Origin: an uncultured Phycisphaerales bacterium
GTDB lineage: Bacteria > Planctomycetota > Phycisphaerae > Tepidisphaerales > Tepidisphaeraceae
Assembly (NCBI GenBank): GCA_963755915.1
Contig: CAVWLP010000003.1
Location: 32,001-96,000, forward strand
Direction: 5' to 3'
DNA length: 64,000 bases
Shown: positions 33,570 to 44,730 of the stretch, in pieces
Position numbering within the stretch: the first letter of the stretch is position 1
Layout: every line of letters starts with the position of its first letter
Made by a program: the position numbers and the translations under genes
The notes under the pieces: generated by a model
What the model was told of the DNA's origin: nothing
Database searches by the model: none
Seen by the model: the letters and a program-made list of their open reading frames with translations, nothing else

Positions 33570-34955
33570 GTGAAGCTCATGCTCTTGAAAACCGATACCA
33601 AGGCGAACGCCAACCGCTTTGTCTACCTTGCCACTGCCGTGGCGGCTCTAGGCGGTATGCTCTTCGGTTATGACGTCGGTGTCATTTCCGGAGCGATCCT
33701 TTTCGTCAAGAAAGATTTCTCCCTTTCTCCCGGCCTCGAAGAAGTTGTCATCAGCTCTGTCTTGCTCGGATCGTTAATCGGCGCGATTGCCGGAGGGGTG
33801 CTGGCCGACCGCTGGGGCCGCCGAAGACTGCTGATCATTACTGCGAGCGTCTTTGGGATCGGTGCCATTGGAGCGGCTCTGTCGCCGGACACCGGGTGGC
33901 TGATCGTTGCCAGGATTCTTGCGGGCGCTGCCATCGGGGTCGCTTCTTTTGTCGCCCCGCTTTACATATCAGAAATCGCGCCAGTGGCTATCCGCGGAAA
34001 GCTCGTTTCGATTAACCAAGTCGCCTTGACCAGCGGCATCGTCGTCTCCTATCTGATTGATTACGCGTTTGCAGGTGTCGGGGCTTGGCGGTGGATGTTC
34101 GCGATGGCCGTCGTTCCGGCCGCAGCATTTGGAGTCGGATTGCTCTTCATTCCCGAGAGCCCCCGCTGGCTTGTCGGACGCGGACTGGCGGACAAGGCTC
34201 GCGCCGTACTCGCACGAATCCGCACACCTGATCAGGTCGAGGCGGAATTCGCCCAGATTCAGCAGAGCGCTCAGCAACAAAAAGAGAACTGGGCAGAATT
34301 GCTCAGTCCCGCCTTACGACCGGCAATGATTGTCGGTGTCGGGCTGGCCATCGCCCAACAAATCACCGGCATTAATACGGTCATTTATTATGCACCGACG
34401 ATTTTCAAGTTTGCCGGCTTGTCTTCCGCGTCGGTGGCCATTCTCGCCAGCGTCGGTGTCGGGGTCGTTAACGTCATCCTGACCGTCGTAGCAATGCAAC
34501 TGATCGATCGAGTCGGCCGCCGTCCGCTTTTATTGATCAGCCTCGCCGGAATGTCGCTAAGTCTAATCGTACTCGGACTGGCGTTTAAGCTTCCCCAATT
34601 GTCCGCCAGTCTAGGATGGATCGCAGTGACCAGCCTGATGCTGTACGTCGGTTCGTTCGCCGTCGGCCTGGGCCCAGTGTTTTGGCTAGTCCTTTCCGAG
34701 ATTTATCCGCTCCGCATCCGGGGCCGGGCCATGAGCGTCGGCACGGTCGCTAATTGGATCGCCAATTTAATCGTTGCGCTGTCGTTTTTGACACTTACGC
34801 ATCTGATGGGTAAAGCCGCTACGTTCTGGCTGTACGGAATCGTGAGTATTGGAGCGTGGCTCTTCGCATTTTTTCTGGTGCCGGAAACGAAGGGTAAAAC
34901 CCTTGAACAGATCGAAGCACATTGGCGGGCAGGAAAACACCCAAGGGAACTCTGA
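33570..34955 (+). CDS. Sugar porter family MFS transporter
   Basis: LFGYD, DRWGRR, PESPRW, QQITGIN, PETKG. Confidence 0.95.
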   Translation: MKLMLLKTDTKANANRFVYLATAVAALGGMLFGYDVGVISGAILFVKKDFSLSPGLEEVVISSVLLGSLIGAIAGGVLADRWGRRRLLIITASVFGIGAIGAALSPDTGWLIVARILAGAAIGVASFVAPLYISEIAPVAIRGKLVSINQVALTSGIVVSYLIDYAFAGVGAWRWMFAMAVVPAAAFGVGLLFIPESPRWLVGRGLADKARAVLARIRTPDQVEAEFAQIQQSAQQQKENWAELLSPALRPAMIVGVGLAIAQQITGINTVIYYAPTIFKFAGLSSASVAILASVGVGVVNVILTVVAMQLIDRVGRRPLLLISLAGMSLSLIVLGLAFKLPQLSASLGWIAVTSLMLYVGSFAVGLGPVFWLVLSEIYPLRIRGRAMSVGTVANWIANLIVALSFLTLTHLMGKAATFWLYGIVSIGAWLFAFFLVPETKGKTLEQIEAHWRAGKHPREL

Positions 34956-35033
34956 GGGTATTATTCGAGAACAAAGACCACCGTTCCAGCGGAGAAGCAA
35001 AACGAGTAGAATTCTGGCAGACGATTGAAAACC

Positions 35034-35143
35034 TCGGATGACTAACTGAAGGGTAGATCGGCCAACGGCCGGCAGACCCGTCAAAGAGTAAGCCGACGCG
35101 ATTGAATCTCAAAATCTCGGGATTCGGTGGCGTCGGCTTTTTT
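35034..35143 (+). ncRNA. Riboswitch/attenuator-like RNA, copy 3
   Basis: tcggatgactaa...gagtaagccgacg...cgtcggctttttt. Confidence 0.75.
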
Positions 35144-35158
35144 GTTGATCGGAAAATA

Positions 35159-35381
35159 ATGACCGGTACTAAGCACTCAGTTGAAAACGAAGGAGCCAAG
35201 CCGCGGGATCACGTTCACCCGCTCCACCATTTTTGGAAACATGCGCACCGGGACTGGCGCAGTTTGGATCGCAGTCGTGTTGATGCTCGTTGCGATCCTT
35301 GCGTATGTGATGACGGACAGCCTCTCCCTCAGACCCGGCAAACGGGCTGTTCAGCCGACCCCCGAGGCAATTGCACCTTAG
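35159..35381 (+). CDS. Small His-rich single-TM protein (frameshift)
   Basis: HVHPLHHFWKHAHRDWR joins VWIAVVLMLVAILAYVMT across one indel. Confidence 0.55.
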
Positions 35382-35413
35382 GACGTCTCGTTATCTAACA
35401 ATAAGGAAAGATT

Positions 35414-37841
35414 ATGTCTACTGATCTACTGGAACCCGCCGTTGAAGCTCTCAACAACGACGCCTCGTCATCCAAAGCGGGAGGTCCACTTACATCCGAA
35501 GAACTCCGCAAGATGAATTCCTATTCGCACCGCCAATTACCTCTCGGTTGGACAGATTTATCTGTATGACAATCCGCTGCTGAAAGAGCCGCTTAAACTA
35601 TCTCATGTCAAGCCACTCGTGGTTGGGCACTGGGGCACGACGCCGGGCCAAAACTTCATTTATGTGCATTTGAATCGCGTCATTAAAAAAGCTGATCTGG
35701 ATATGTTCTACGTCGCCGGTCCCGGTCACGGCGGACCGGCGATTGTCGGCAACGTTTACCTTGAAGGCACGTGGAGCGAAATCTATCCAAATGTCACCCA
35801 GGACGAAGCGGGACTGAAAAAGCTGTTCAAGCAATTCTCGTTTCCAGGCGGGATTTCGAGCCACGTCGCCCCGACGACGCCGGGTTCGATTCACGAAGGA
35901 GGCGAACTTGGATATTCGCTGAGTCACTCGTTCGGAGCTGCGTTCGATAATCCTGAGCTGATCGTCGCGTGTGTCGTCGGCGACGGGGAAGCGGAGACGG
36001 GGCCGCTGGCCACCGCTTGGCAATCGAACAAGTTCCTCGATCCAATCTCCGACGGGGCCGTGCTGCCAATCCTGCATCTCAACGGTTTCAAGATCAGCAA
36101 TCCGACGTTGCTCTCTCGAATCGAACACGATGAACTGGAGCAGTTCTTTCGCGGTTGCGGCTGGACACCCTATTTTGTGGAAGGGGACGACCCGGCAACG
36201 ATGCACCAACTCATGGCCACGGCGCTGGACAAAGCGATCGGGGACATCAAGAAGATTCAGACCACCGCCCGAGCGACGAAAGACCCGAGCCGCCCGCGCT
36301 GGCCCATGATCGTTTTGCGATCCCCCAAAGGCTGGACCGGACCCAAAGTTGTCGACGGCCTTCCCTGCGAAGGCACCTTCCGCGCGCATCAGGTTCCGCT
36401 GCTCGTGGATGCCGATCATCCCCAGCACGTCGCCCAGCTTGAAAGCTGGATGAAGAGTTACAAGGCCGAGGAACTCTTCGATGCCAACGGTCGCCTGAAT
36501 GCAGAGTTGGCTGAGCTTGCCCCAACGGGCGATCGTCGAATGGGTGCCAATCCCCACGCAAATGGCGGCATTCTTTTGCACGATCTCAAGATGCCCGACT
36601 TCCGCGATCACGCGGTAAATGTTCCTTCACCGGGCGCGGTTAACGGTCAGGACACGATGGTGCTTGGCCAATTTCTGCGCGATGTCGTCAAGCTCAATGA
36701 AAAGCCCCGCAACTTCCGCGTTTTCGGGCCCGATGAAACACTATCCAATCTGCTCGGGGCTGTATTCGAAGTGACCAATCGTCAATGGGACGCCCGTGAG
36801 GTAAAGAACGATGAATTCCTCGCCCCTGGGGGCGGCGTTCTCGATTCGATGCTCAGTGAGCATCAGTGCGAAGGGTGGTTGGAAGGATATCTACTGACCG
36901 GCCGGCACGGGCTTTTCAACAGTTATGAAGCCTTCATTCGCATTGTCGACAGCATGTTCAGCCAGCATGCCAAATGGCTAAAGGTCACATCCGAATTGCC
37001 GTGGCGCCGAAAGATCGCATCGCTGAACTATCTGCTCGCATCACACGTGTGGCAGCAGGATCACAATGGCTTCACGCACCAGGATCCCGGTTTTCTCGAT
37101 CATGTCATCAATAAAAAAGCGAGCATCGTGCGGGTCTATCTGCCGCCCGATGCCAACTGCCTTCTATCGGTTTTCGATCACTGTTTGCGCAGCCGCAATT
37201 ATGTGAATGTCGTGGTCGCGGGGAAACACGCGCTCCCACAATGGCTTAGTATGGACGCGGCCGCCGTGCATTGCACGGAAGGCATCGGGATCTGGCAATG
37301 GGCCAGCAACGATCAGAATGCCGAGCCGGATGTCGTCATGGCCTGCTGCGGTGACACGCCCACGCTGGAGATTCTCGCTGCGACTTCCATCCTTCGCCAG
37401 CACCTGCCTGATCTGAAAATCAGAGTCATCAATGTCGTCGACCTGATGAAACTGCAATCTGCCAGCGAGCATCCGCATGGCCTGAACGAGACGGATTACG
37501 ATTCACTGTTCACGAAGGATAAGCACATCGTTTTCGGATTCCATGGATATCCATGGCTGGTTCACCGCCTCACCTACCGGCGGACCAATCGCAATCTGCA
37601 CGTCCGCGGCTACAAAGAAGAAGGCACAATCACCACCGCCTTCGATATCCGAGTGCAGAACGAATTAGATCGCTTTCATCTTGTGCAGGACGTGCTGGAC
37701 CGCGTTCCGAATCTGGGGGCCAAAGGTTCATATCTCAAACAAATGATGCAGGACAAACTCATCGAGCACAAACAGTACATCGATCATCACGGCCAGGATC
37801 TGCCTGAAATCCGCAACTGGAAATGGAGCGTCTCCAAGTGA
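35414..37841 (+). CDS. xfp: Phosphoketolase, copy 1 (N-terminal frameshift near 35525)
   Basis: [36 protein letters not shown]. Confidence 0.95.
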
Positions 37842-37846
37842 ATTCA

Positions 37847-38893
37847 ATGCAACTGACAAAAACAGCGCAAGCGCTGGTCGGCGGCCACAAAGGATTGCTT
37901 GCGATGGATGAGAGCAATCCAACCTGCAACAAGCGGTTCGCGGCACTTGGTATTCCCCAGACCGAGGCGTCCCGCCGGGCATATCGAGAACTGATCGTCA
38001 CGACAGCCGGTTTGGGCGGATCGATCAGCGGCGCGATTCTTTACGACGAATCAATACGCCAGAAAACCAGAAGTGGAAAATCCTTCGTCGATGTCCTGGC
38101 TGAAGCGGGGATCATTCCCGGCATCAAAGTCGACACCGGCGCAAAAGGACTTGCCGGATTTCCCGGCGACAAAGTCAGCGAAGGATTGGACGGACTGCCG
38201 GCTCGCGTTCAGGAATATGCCGGGATCGGCGCGCGATTCGCCAAATGGCGCACTGTAATCGCGATCGGCGCAGGCATTCCCAGCGAGGCATGCATTGATT
38301 CCAACGCCCACGCGCTCGCCCGTTACGCCGCGATTTGCCAACAGGCCGGACTGGTTCCGATCGTGGAGCCGGAAGTCGTCATGGATGGACCGCACGATTT
38401 ACAACAATGCACGGAAGTCAGCGGGCACGTTCTTCATGCTGTCTTCAATCAACTTCATGTCCAGCGCGTTTTGCTCGAAGGCATGATTCTCAAGCCGAAC
38501 ATGATCCTGCCGGGAACGGATTGTCCGCAGCAAAGCGACGACGAACAGGTGGCCGACGCGACGGTGCGATGTCTTCTCCGATCCGTTCCGGCCGCGGTGG
38601 CCGGCATTGCATTTCTGTCCGGTGGTCAGTCAGGCGAAATGGCATGCGCTAGACTGAATGCGATGAACGTTCGCTTCGCTTCCAAAATGCCCTGGCCGCT
38701 TACTTTCTCATTTGCCCGCGCAATCCAGCACCCCGCGCTGGATATCTGGTCCGGCCATGAATCAGAAGTGAAAGCGGCGCAAGAAGCTCTGATCCACCGG
38801 GCCGAGTGCAGCCGAGCCGCCCGCTGCGGGAAATACAGCTCCGAAATGGAGCGTCACCCGGCTTCGACGCCCCTGGTCGCGGCTGGCAATTAG
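37847..38893 (+). CDS. Fructose-bisphosphate aldolase class I
   Basis: GLLAMDES, AKWR, PIVEPEV, LKPNM, FLSGGQS, TFSFARA. Confidence 0.93.
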   Translation: MQLTKTAQALVGGHKGLLAMDESNPTCNKRFAALGIPQTEASRRAYRELIVTTAGLGGSISGAILYDESIRQKTRSGKSFVDVLAEAGIIPGIKVDTGAKGLAGFPGDKVSEGLDGLPARVQEYAGIGARFAKWRTVIAIGAGIPSEACIDSNAHALARYAAICQQAGLVPIVEPEVVMDGPHDLQQCTEVSGHVLHAVFNQLHVQRVLLEGMILKPNMILPGTDCPQQSDDEQVADATVRCLLRSVPAAVAGIAFLSGGQSGEMACARLNAMNVRFASKMPWPLTFSFARAIQHPALDIWSGHESEVKAAQEALIHRAECSRAARCGKYSSEMERHPASTPLVAAGN

Positions 38894-38911
38894 ACAAGAA
38901 AGTAGACCCAT

Positions 38912-41428
38912 ATGTCCTCAGACCCCAATAAATCCCTGGCTCCTCAGCAGAAGCCCGATGCCAAGGATGATCTAAAGACCCTTCCGATCGCTGAAGTTGA
39001 AAACCGATTGAGTTCGTCTCCCGACGGTCTCACCGATGTTGAGGCTAAGAAGCGGCTGGCGCAGTACGGCCCCAACGAAATTGCGGAAAAGAAGACAAAT
39101 CTCTTTTTGAAATTTCTCTCTTATTTCTGGGGTCCGATCCCTTGGATGATCGAGGTGGCAGTCATTCTGTCGGGCGTCGTTCGTCACTGGCCGGATTTCT
39201 TCATCATCCTTCTTCTGCTTGTTGCCAACGCCGTGGTCGGATTCTGGGAAGAGCGACAGGCGGGCAATGCCATCGCGGCCCTAAAGAAAGAACTGGCCAT
39301 TCAGGCAAAGGTCAAAAGGGATGGCAAGTGGATCACACCTCCGCGCGCGAGCTTGTGCCGGGCGATGTCATTCGATTGCGGTTAGGCGATATTGTGCCAG
39401 CCGATGCACGCCTTCTGGCGGGTGACGAAATCGCCGTTGACCAGTCCGCGCTGACGGGAGAGTCGCTGCCGGCAACACACAAATCCGGCGACGCTGTCTT
39501 CTCCGGCTCGATCATGCGTCGCGGTGAAATTGATGCCTTGGTTTATGCCACCGGTACGCATACCTATTTCGGCAGGACCGCGCAATTAGTAGGAGAGGTC
39601 CAGACGGTCAGCCACTTCCAGCGCGCGGTCATGAAGATCGGCAATTATCTCATCATCCTGGCCGTAGCCTTGGTGGCGATCATTATCGCTGTTGCAATCT
39701 ACCGTGGGGACCGAATTCTCACGACGTTACAGTTCGCGCTGGTGCTTACGGTTGCCGCGATTCCCGTCGCGATGCCCACGGTGTTGTCAGTGACCATGGC
39801 CGTTGGCGCTCGCTTGCTTGCAAAGAAGAAGGCGATTGTCAGCCGGTTGGTAGCGATAGAAGAACTGGCGGGGGTTGACGTGCTTTGCTCGGATAAGACA
39901 GGCACGCTGACACAGAACAAGCTCACGCTGGGCGAGACGTTCACTGTCGATGGCATCCCCGCCGACCAGGTTATCCTTGCCGGCGCTCTTGCTTCGCGCG
40001 GAGGATAAGGACACCATCGATCTAGCCGTCCTGGGCGGCGTGAAAGACGATAAGGCGTTGAAAAGCTTTGAAGTCGTTCACTTTCAGCCATTCGATCCTG
40101 TACACAAACGCACGGAGGCCACAGTAAAGGGTAGTGACGGAAAGCAATTCGATGTGGCCAAAGGCGCTCCGCAGGTGATTTTGCAGATGTCGGCGAACGC
40201 CGGCGAGATCAAGACCGCGGTTGAAAAGGCCGTTAATGACTTCGCCGCTCGCGGCTTCCGTTCACTGGGCGTCGCCCGCGCCGACGAAAAAGGCAAGTGG
40301 CGATTCCTGGGTGTGCTCCCGTTGTCCGACCCGCCGCGCGAGTCGGCTAAAGCCACTATCGCCAGTGCCAGGCAGATGGGGGTGAGCATCAAGATGGTGA
40401 CCGGCGACTCGATCGCCATCGCGCGGGAGATGTCAAAAGAATTGGGGCTGGGTTCCAATATCCTTGATGCCAGCGGCCTTGGCGACTCTCAAAAGAAGGA
40501 AACTCCCGAGGAAACGAAGCTGATCGAGAAGGCGGACGGCTTCGCTGAAGTGTTCCCCGAGCATAAGTTTCACATCGTCGACATTCTGCAAAAGCGCGGC
40601 CACATCGTCGGAATGACCGGCGATGGCGTGAACGATGCACCCGCTTTGAAAAAAGCGGACTGCGGTATTGCCGTCTCCGGGGCAACCGACGCGGCCCGCG
40701 CGGCGGCATCCATCGTTCTTCTCACCGACGGGCTCACCGTCATCATTGATGCGATCAAGGAAAGCCGCCGAATCTTTCAGCGTATGAACAGCTATGCCAT
40801 CTACCGCATCGCAGAAACCCTCCGCGTGCTGTTCTTTATGACACTAGCGATCCTCGTATTCAATTTCTACCCGCTGACTGCCGTGATGATCGTGATGCTG
40901 GCCCTGCTCAACGATGGGGCGATTCTCTCCATCGCTTATGACAATGTTCACTACAAGAATAAGCCCGAAGCCTGGAACATGCGCCTCGTACTCGGCGTTT
41001 CCACCGTCCTCGGCGTCATAGGGGTCGTCGCGGCCTTCGGCCTCTTTTACCTCGGGGAACGCGTCTTCAAACTTGATCGTCCGCATATCCAGACGCTCAT
41101 GTATCTGAAACTATCGGTGGCCGGGCATCTCACCATCTTCCTGACGCGCACGCGCGGCCCATTCTGGTCCATCAAGCCCGCGAAGATTCTATGGATCGCA
41201 GTTCTCGGAACGCAAGCCATCGCAACCTTGATCGCGGTGTACGGAGTGTTTATGACGCCTCTCGGCTGGGGTTGGGCAGCATTTGTATGGGGCTACGCCC
41301 TGGTGTGGTTCCTGCTTAACGACCGCATCAAGCTGCTCGCGTATCGAATCTTTGATCCGACGAACGCGACATCGATTGTGAAGAAGACAATCTTGCCAAA
41401 TCCGACTGTCGTTGTGCCAGCCGCCTGA
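38912..41428 (+). CDS. Plasma-membrane-type proton-efflux P-type ATPase (P3A; two frameshifts)
   Basis: FWGPIPWMIE, TGES, IPVAMPTV, DKTGTLT, GDGVNDAPALK, NDGAILSIAYD. Confidence 0.92.
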
Positions 41429-41459
41429 TCATACCGTTCGCAGAAGCTGAAAGATCAGG

Positions 41460-42356
41460 ATGAAAATTAAATCAGAAGATTTTCGAGTCAACCCTGATCA
41501 CGGCGTTGAGCTCAAGAAATGGCCCACCATCGTAAAGCCGTTTTGCAAGTCTAAGAAGCGGTATCAAGAACTGCTGGCCAAACACGTCGAGGAGTTGGCT
41601 TTACTGCAAAACCTTCACTATGCGTCCAGCCGTTATGCGTTGCTCCTCATCTTTCAGGGAATGGACGCTGCCGGTAAAGATGGGGCAGTGCGGCACGTCA
41701 TGTCCGGGGTCAACCCGCAGGGTTGTGAGGTCTTTAGTTTCAAACAGCCCAGCGCGGAAGAATTGAATCACGATTTTCTCTGGCGCTCGACGTGCCGACT
41801 TCCCGAACGCGGACGAATCGGCATTTTCAACCGTTCTTATTACGAGGAGGTGTTGGTTGTCCGCGTACATCCGGAGATCCTCGCAAGCCAGCGACTCTCC
41901 GAAGAATTGCGCGACGACAAATCGTTCTGGAAAGAGCGGTATCGATCTATCGTAGACCTGGAACGCCACCTGTTTCACAATAGCACCCGCACCATCAAAA
42001 TCTTCCTGCATCTTTCGAAAGAAGAGCAGCGCAAACGATTTCTGGAGCGAATCGACGAACCTGACAAAAATTGGAAATTCAGCCTCGCCGACATTCACGA
42101 GCGAAACTTCTGGAAGCAATACGTCGCGGCGTATGAGGAATGCCTGAGCGCCACAAGCACTCACCATGCGCCGTGGTATGTCGTTCCCGCAGATGACAAG
42201 GAAAATGCCCGATTGATCGTTTCCCGAATCATTATTGACGCGTTCGAAGAACTAAAGATGGAATATCCGAAAACGACGCCCAAACGGGAGGACGAATTGA
42301 AAGCGATCCGCAAATTGTTGGTCGCCGAATCACCGAATCAACATGGGAGGGACTAG
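41460..42356 (+). CDS. Polyphosphate kinase 2 family protein
   Basis: [35 protein letters not shown]. Confidence 0.92.
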   Translation: MKIKSEDFRVNPDHGVELKKWPTIVKPFCKSKKRYQELLAKHVEELALLQNLHYASSRYALLLIFQGMDAAGKDGAVRHVMSGVNPQGCEVFSFKQPSAEELNHDFLWRSTCRLPERGRIGIFNRSYYEEVLVVRVHPEILASQRLSEELRDDKSFWKERYRSIVDLERHLFHNSTRTIKIFLHLSKEEQRKRFLERIDEPDKNWKFSLADIHERNFWKQYVAAYEECLSATSTHHAPWYVVPADDKENARLIVSRIIIDAFEELKMEYPKTTPKREDELKAIRKLLVAESPNQHGRD

Positions 42357-42360
42357 GACG

Positions 42361-42975
42361 ATGGCCGCAAACGAAGCACAACATCCGCCGCGGCTTTTCC
42401 TGATCCGTCACGGCAATACCGATTGGTCTGACTCGGGCAAACACACCGGCTGCACAGACATTCCTTTGAACGCCGGCGGGGAGTCGCACGCTTGCCTGCT
42501 TGGGACGCGACTCTCGGATGAACGATTTTCTCGGATATTTGTAAGCCCGCTTATTCGTGTGCGGCGGACCTGCCAGCTTGCCGGCTTCGCTGATCGTGCA
42601 GAGATAACTCCTGACCTGACCGAGTGGAACTACGGCAGTTACGAAGGTCGGATGACGGTTGACGTCCACCGTGAGCGGCCTGACTGGTATCTCTATCGTG
42701 ACGGCGCTCCAGGTGGTGAGTCACCTGGGCAGGTTGCCGCCCGCGCGGATCGATTCATTGAAACGGTGCGGCCCATCGATGGCGATGTCGCCGCCTTTTC
42801 CAGCGCACAAATTATCCGCATGATCGTGGCCCGCTGGTTGGGCCTTCCGCCACTGGGGTCAAGATATTTTCATACCGATACCGCCAGCATTGGAATTCTG
42901 GGCTACGAGCACAATCGGAGCCAGCCGGTCGTGCGCCTCTGGGATGACGTCGGCACCCTCGACAAGAACGTCTGA
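42361..42975 (+). CDS. Histidine phosphatase family protein
   Basis: LIRHGNT, EWNYG, PGGES. Confidence 0.88.
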   Translation: MAANEAQHPPRLFLIRHGNTDWSDSGKHTGCTDIPLNAGGESHACLLGTRLSDERFSRIFVSPLIRVRRTCQLAGFADRAEITPDLTEWNYGSYEGRMTVDVHRERPDWYLYRDGAPGGESPGQVAARADRFIETVRPIDGDVAAFSSAQIIRMIVARWLGLPPLGSRYFHTDTASIGILGYEHNRSQPVVRLWDDVGTLDKNV

Positions 42976-42987
42976 AGAAATGAGATT

Positions 42988-44231
42988 ATGCAGACCGCTC
43001 AACTGCCACCAATAACACCCCCAAGGAACGTACCCGGACATTACGGATTTGTCCTCACAATTAACGGGGGATCGTCGAGCATCAAATTTGCACTGTTTTC
43101 TTCTGAATCACCGCTCAAGCGGCGCTTCGGCGGGCAAGTTGAACGCATCGGAACGCCTGGCGCCTTGCTGACAGCGACACGCGACAATTCATCAACGCTC
43201 GATGAGCATCCAATCACCGCGTCAAATTTTCATGACGGCATTCAAGGCGTTCTTGCTTATCTGAGCCAGCGGATCGAAAGGTCCACGATCATTGCGATCG
43301 GGCACCGCATCGTCAAAGGCGGCGCACATCTGGTCGACAATCAACTCATTACCACGGAAGTCATCGCCGAACTCCGCCGCATGCAGCCTCTCGATCTCGA
43401 TCATCTGCCGCGTGAAATCGCGTTGATTGATGCCTTCGTTAAGGCGTTTCCGAAGGTTCCCCAGATTGCGTGTTTTGATACTGCGTTTCACAAAGATATT
43501 CCGCGGATCGCCCAACTTCTTCCGATTCCGCGCCATTATCTGGAATCAGGCGTTCGTCGGTTTGGTTTCCACGGCTTGTCCTACACCTACCTCATGAGCC
43601 AATTGGCCGTGGTGGCGGGCGAGGAAATTGCGAAAGGCCGAGTAATTCTGGCGCATCTCGGATCAGGCGCGAGCATGGCGGCAGTGCATCACGGCAAGCC
43701 AATCGATACGACCATGGCATTCACGCCAACATCCGGCCTGATGATGGGCACTCGACCCGGCGATCTCGACCCAGGATTGTTGGTATACCTGATGAAAGAC
43801 CAAAGGCTTTCGACTGAAGACATGGACAAGTTCATCTCCCAACAGTGCGGGCTCATCGGCGTCTCCGAAACCAGCTCCGACATGCGCGATCTTCTGCTGA
43901 CACGCAACAGCGATCCGCGCAGGCTGAAGCCGTGCAGCTATTCTGCTATCAAGCTAAAAAACATCTATGCGCCCTGATTTCGACTCTCGGTGGCTTGGAC
44001 ACCATCGTGTTCGCCGGCGGGATCGGAGAACGTTCTCCAGAGGTGCGCGGCGCAATCTGCGACGGCCTGGAATTTCTGGGATTGAAACTCGATTCGTCAA
44101 AAAACGTCCGCGGATGCGATGTCATTTCCAACGACCAAAGTCGTGTTGAAGTTCGGATGATCCCGACAGATGAAGAGATAGTGATTGCCCGAATTGTCTG
44201 CTCGATTTTGCATCATTCCGGTGCTCAATGA
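42988..44231 (+). CDS. ackA: Acetate kinase, copy 1 (frameshift near 43920)
   Basis: NGGSSSIK, FDTAFH, FGFHGLS, HLGSGAS, GGIGE, TDEE. Confidence 0.92.
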
Positions 44232-44322
44232 CTCGTCAAAAGCGGCGGCCTTGATTACCATGCCTGACGAGCGGATTCTCTGATGATGTGATTCGGATGT
44301 GGGACGAAAGCTGCTAGGAATT

Positions 44323-44572
44323 CTTCCCCTAAACTTCCCCTTTTTTATGCAGAATGAGCTTGTCTTGCCGCTCATGCAGAGTACAATTCAACCGGTGTTA
44401 AGGCTCTGCCTACACGGGAATTAAACGTAAATTCCGGGTTCAGCTAGATTTGCTGATTTTGGGTCATTTCTGACTCATAACCATACGGTCAAATCCACGA
44501 ATCCTGATTCTCCTTTCGAAAACGAAGTTTCTCCGTCTCAAATCCAAACCCGCATAGGGGAAGAATGGGGGA
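44323..44572 (+). repeat. attP-like junction: arm, ctcataa core (44474-44480), inverted arm
   Basis: 44323-44482 is a co-linear 160-bp imperfect repeat of 56360-56519; cttcccctaaacttcccc on the left, ggggaagaatggggga on the right. Confidence 0.8.
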
Positions 44573-44655
44573 AACCTGTCGAAGCAGCTAATTGAGACAT
44601 ATCAGAACTGTCATAAGCGCCTTCAGTTACAATTGAATTGAGAGACGCGGCGATG

Positions 44656-44685
44656 TTCGACCATCGGGTTCTCAACCCGGAGGTC
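44656..44685 (+). repeat. Site X copy 2
   Basis: Exact 25-bp repeat of 18427-18451; continues aggtc as in the tRNA-Met fragment. Confidence 0.8.
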
Positions 44686-44730
44686 AACATCTTCTTTTGA
44701 AGTAAGAAAACGCCGATTGTTGAGCCGTAG

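Noticed and set aside
2470-44231. Widespread pseudogenisation or programmed frameshifting
   Set aside because: Breaks are single-base indels, some in short homopolymers, with well-conserved motifs on both sides; sequencing error is the simpler explanation. Needs read-level checking.
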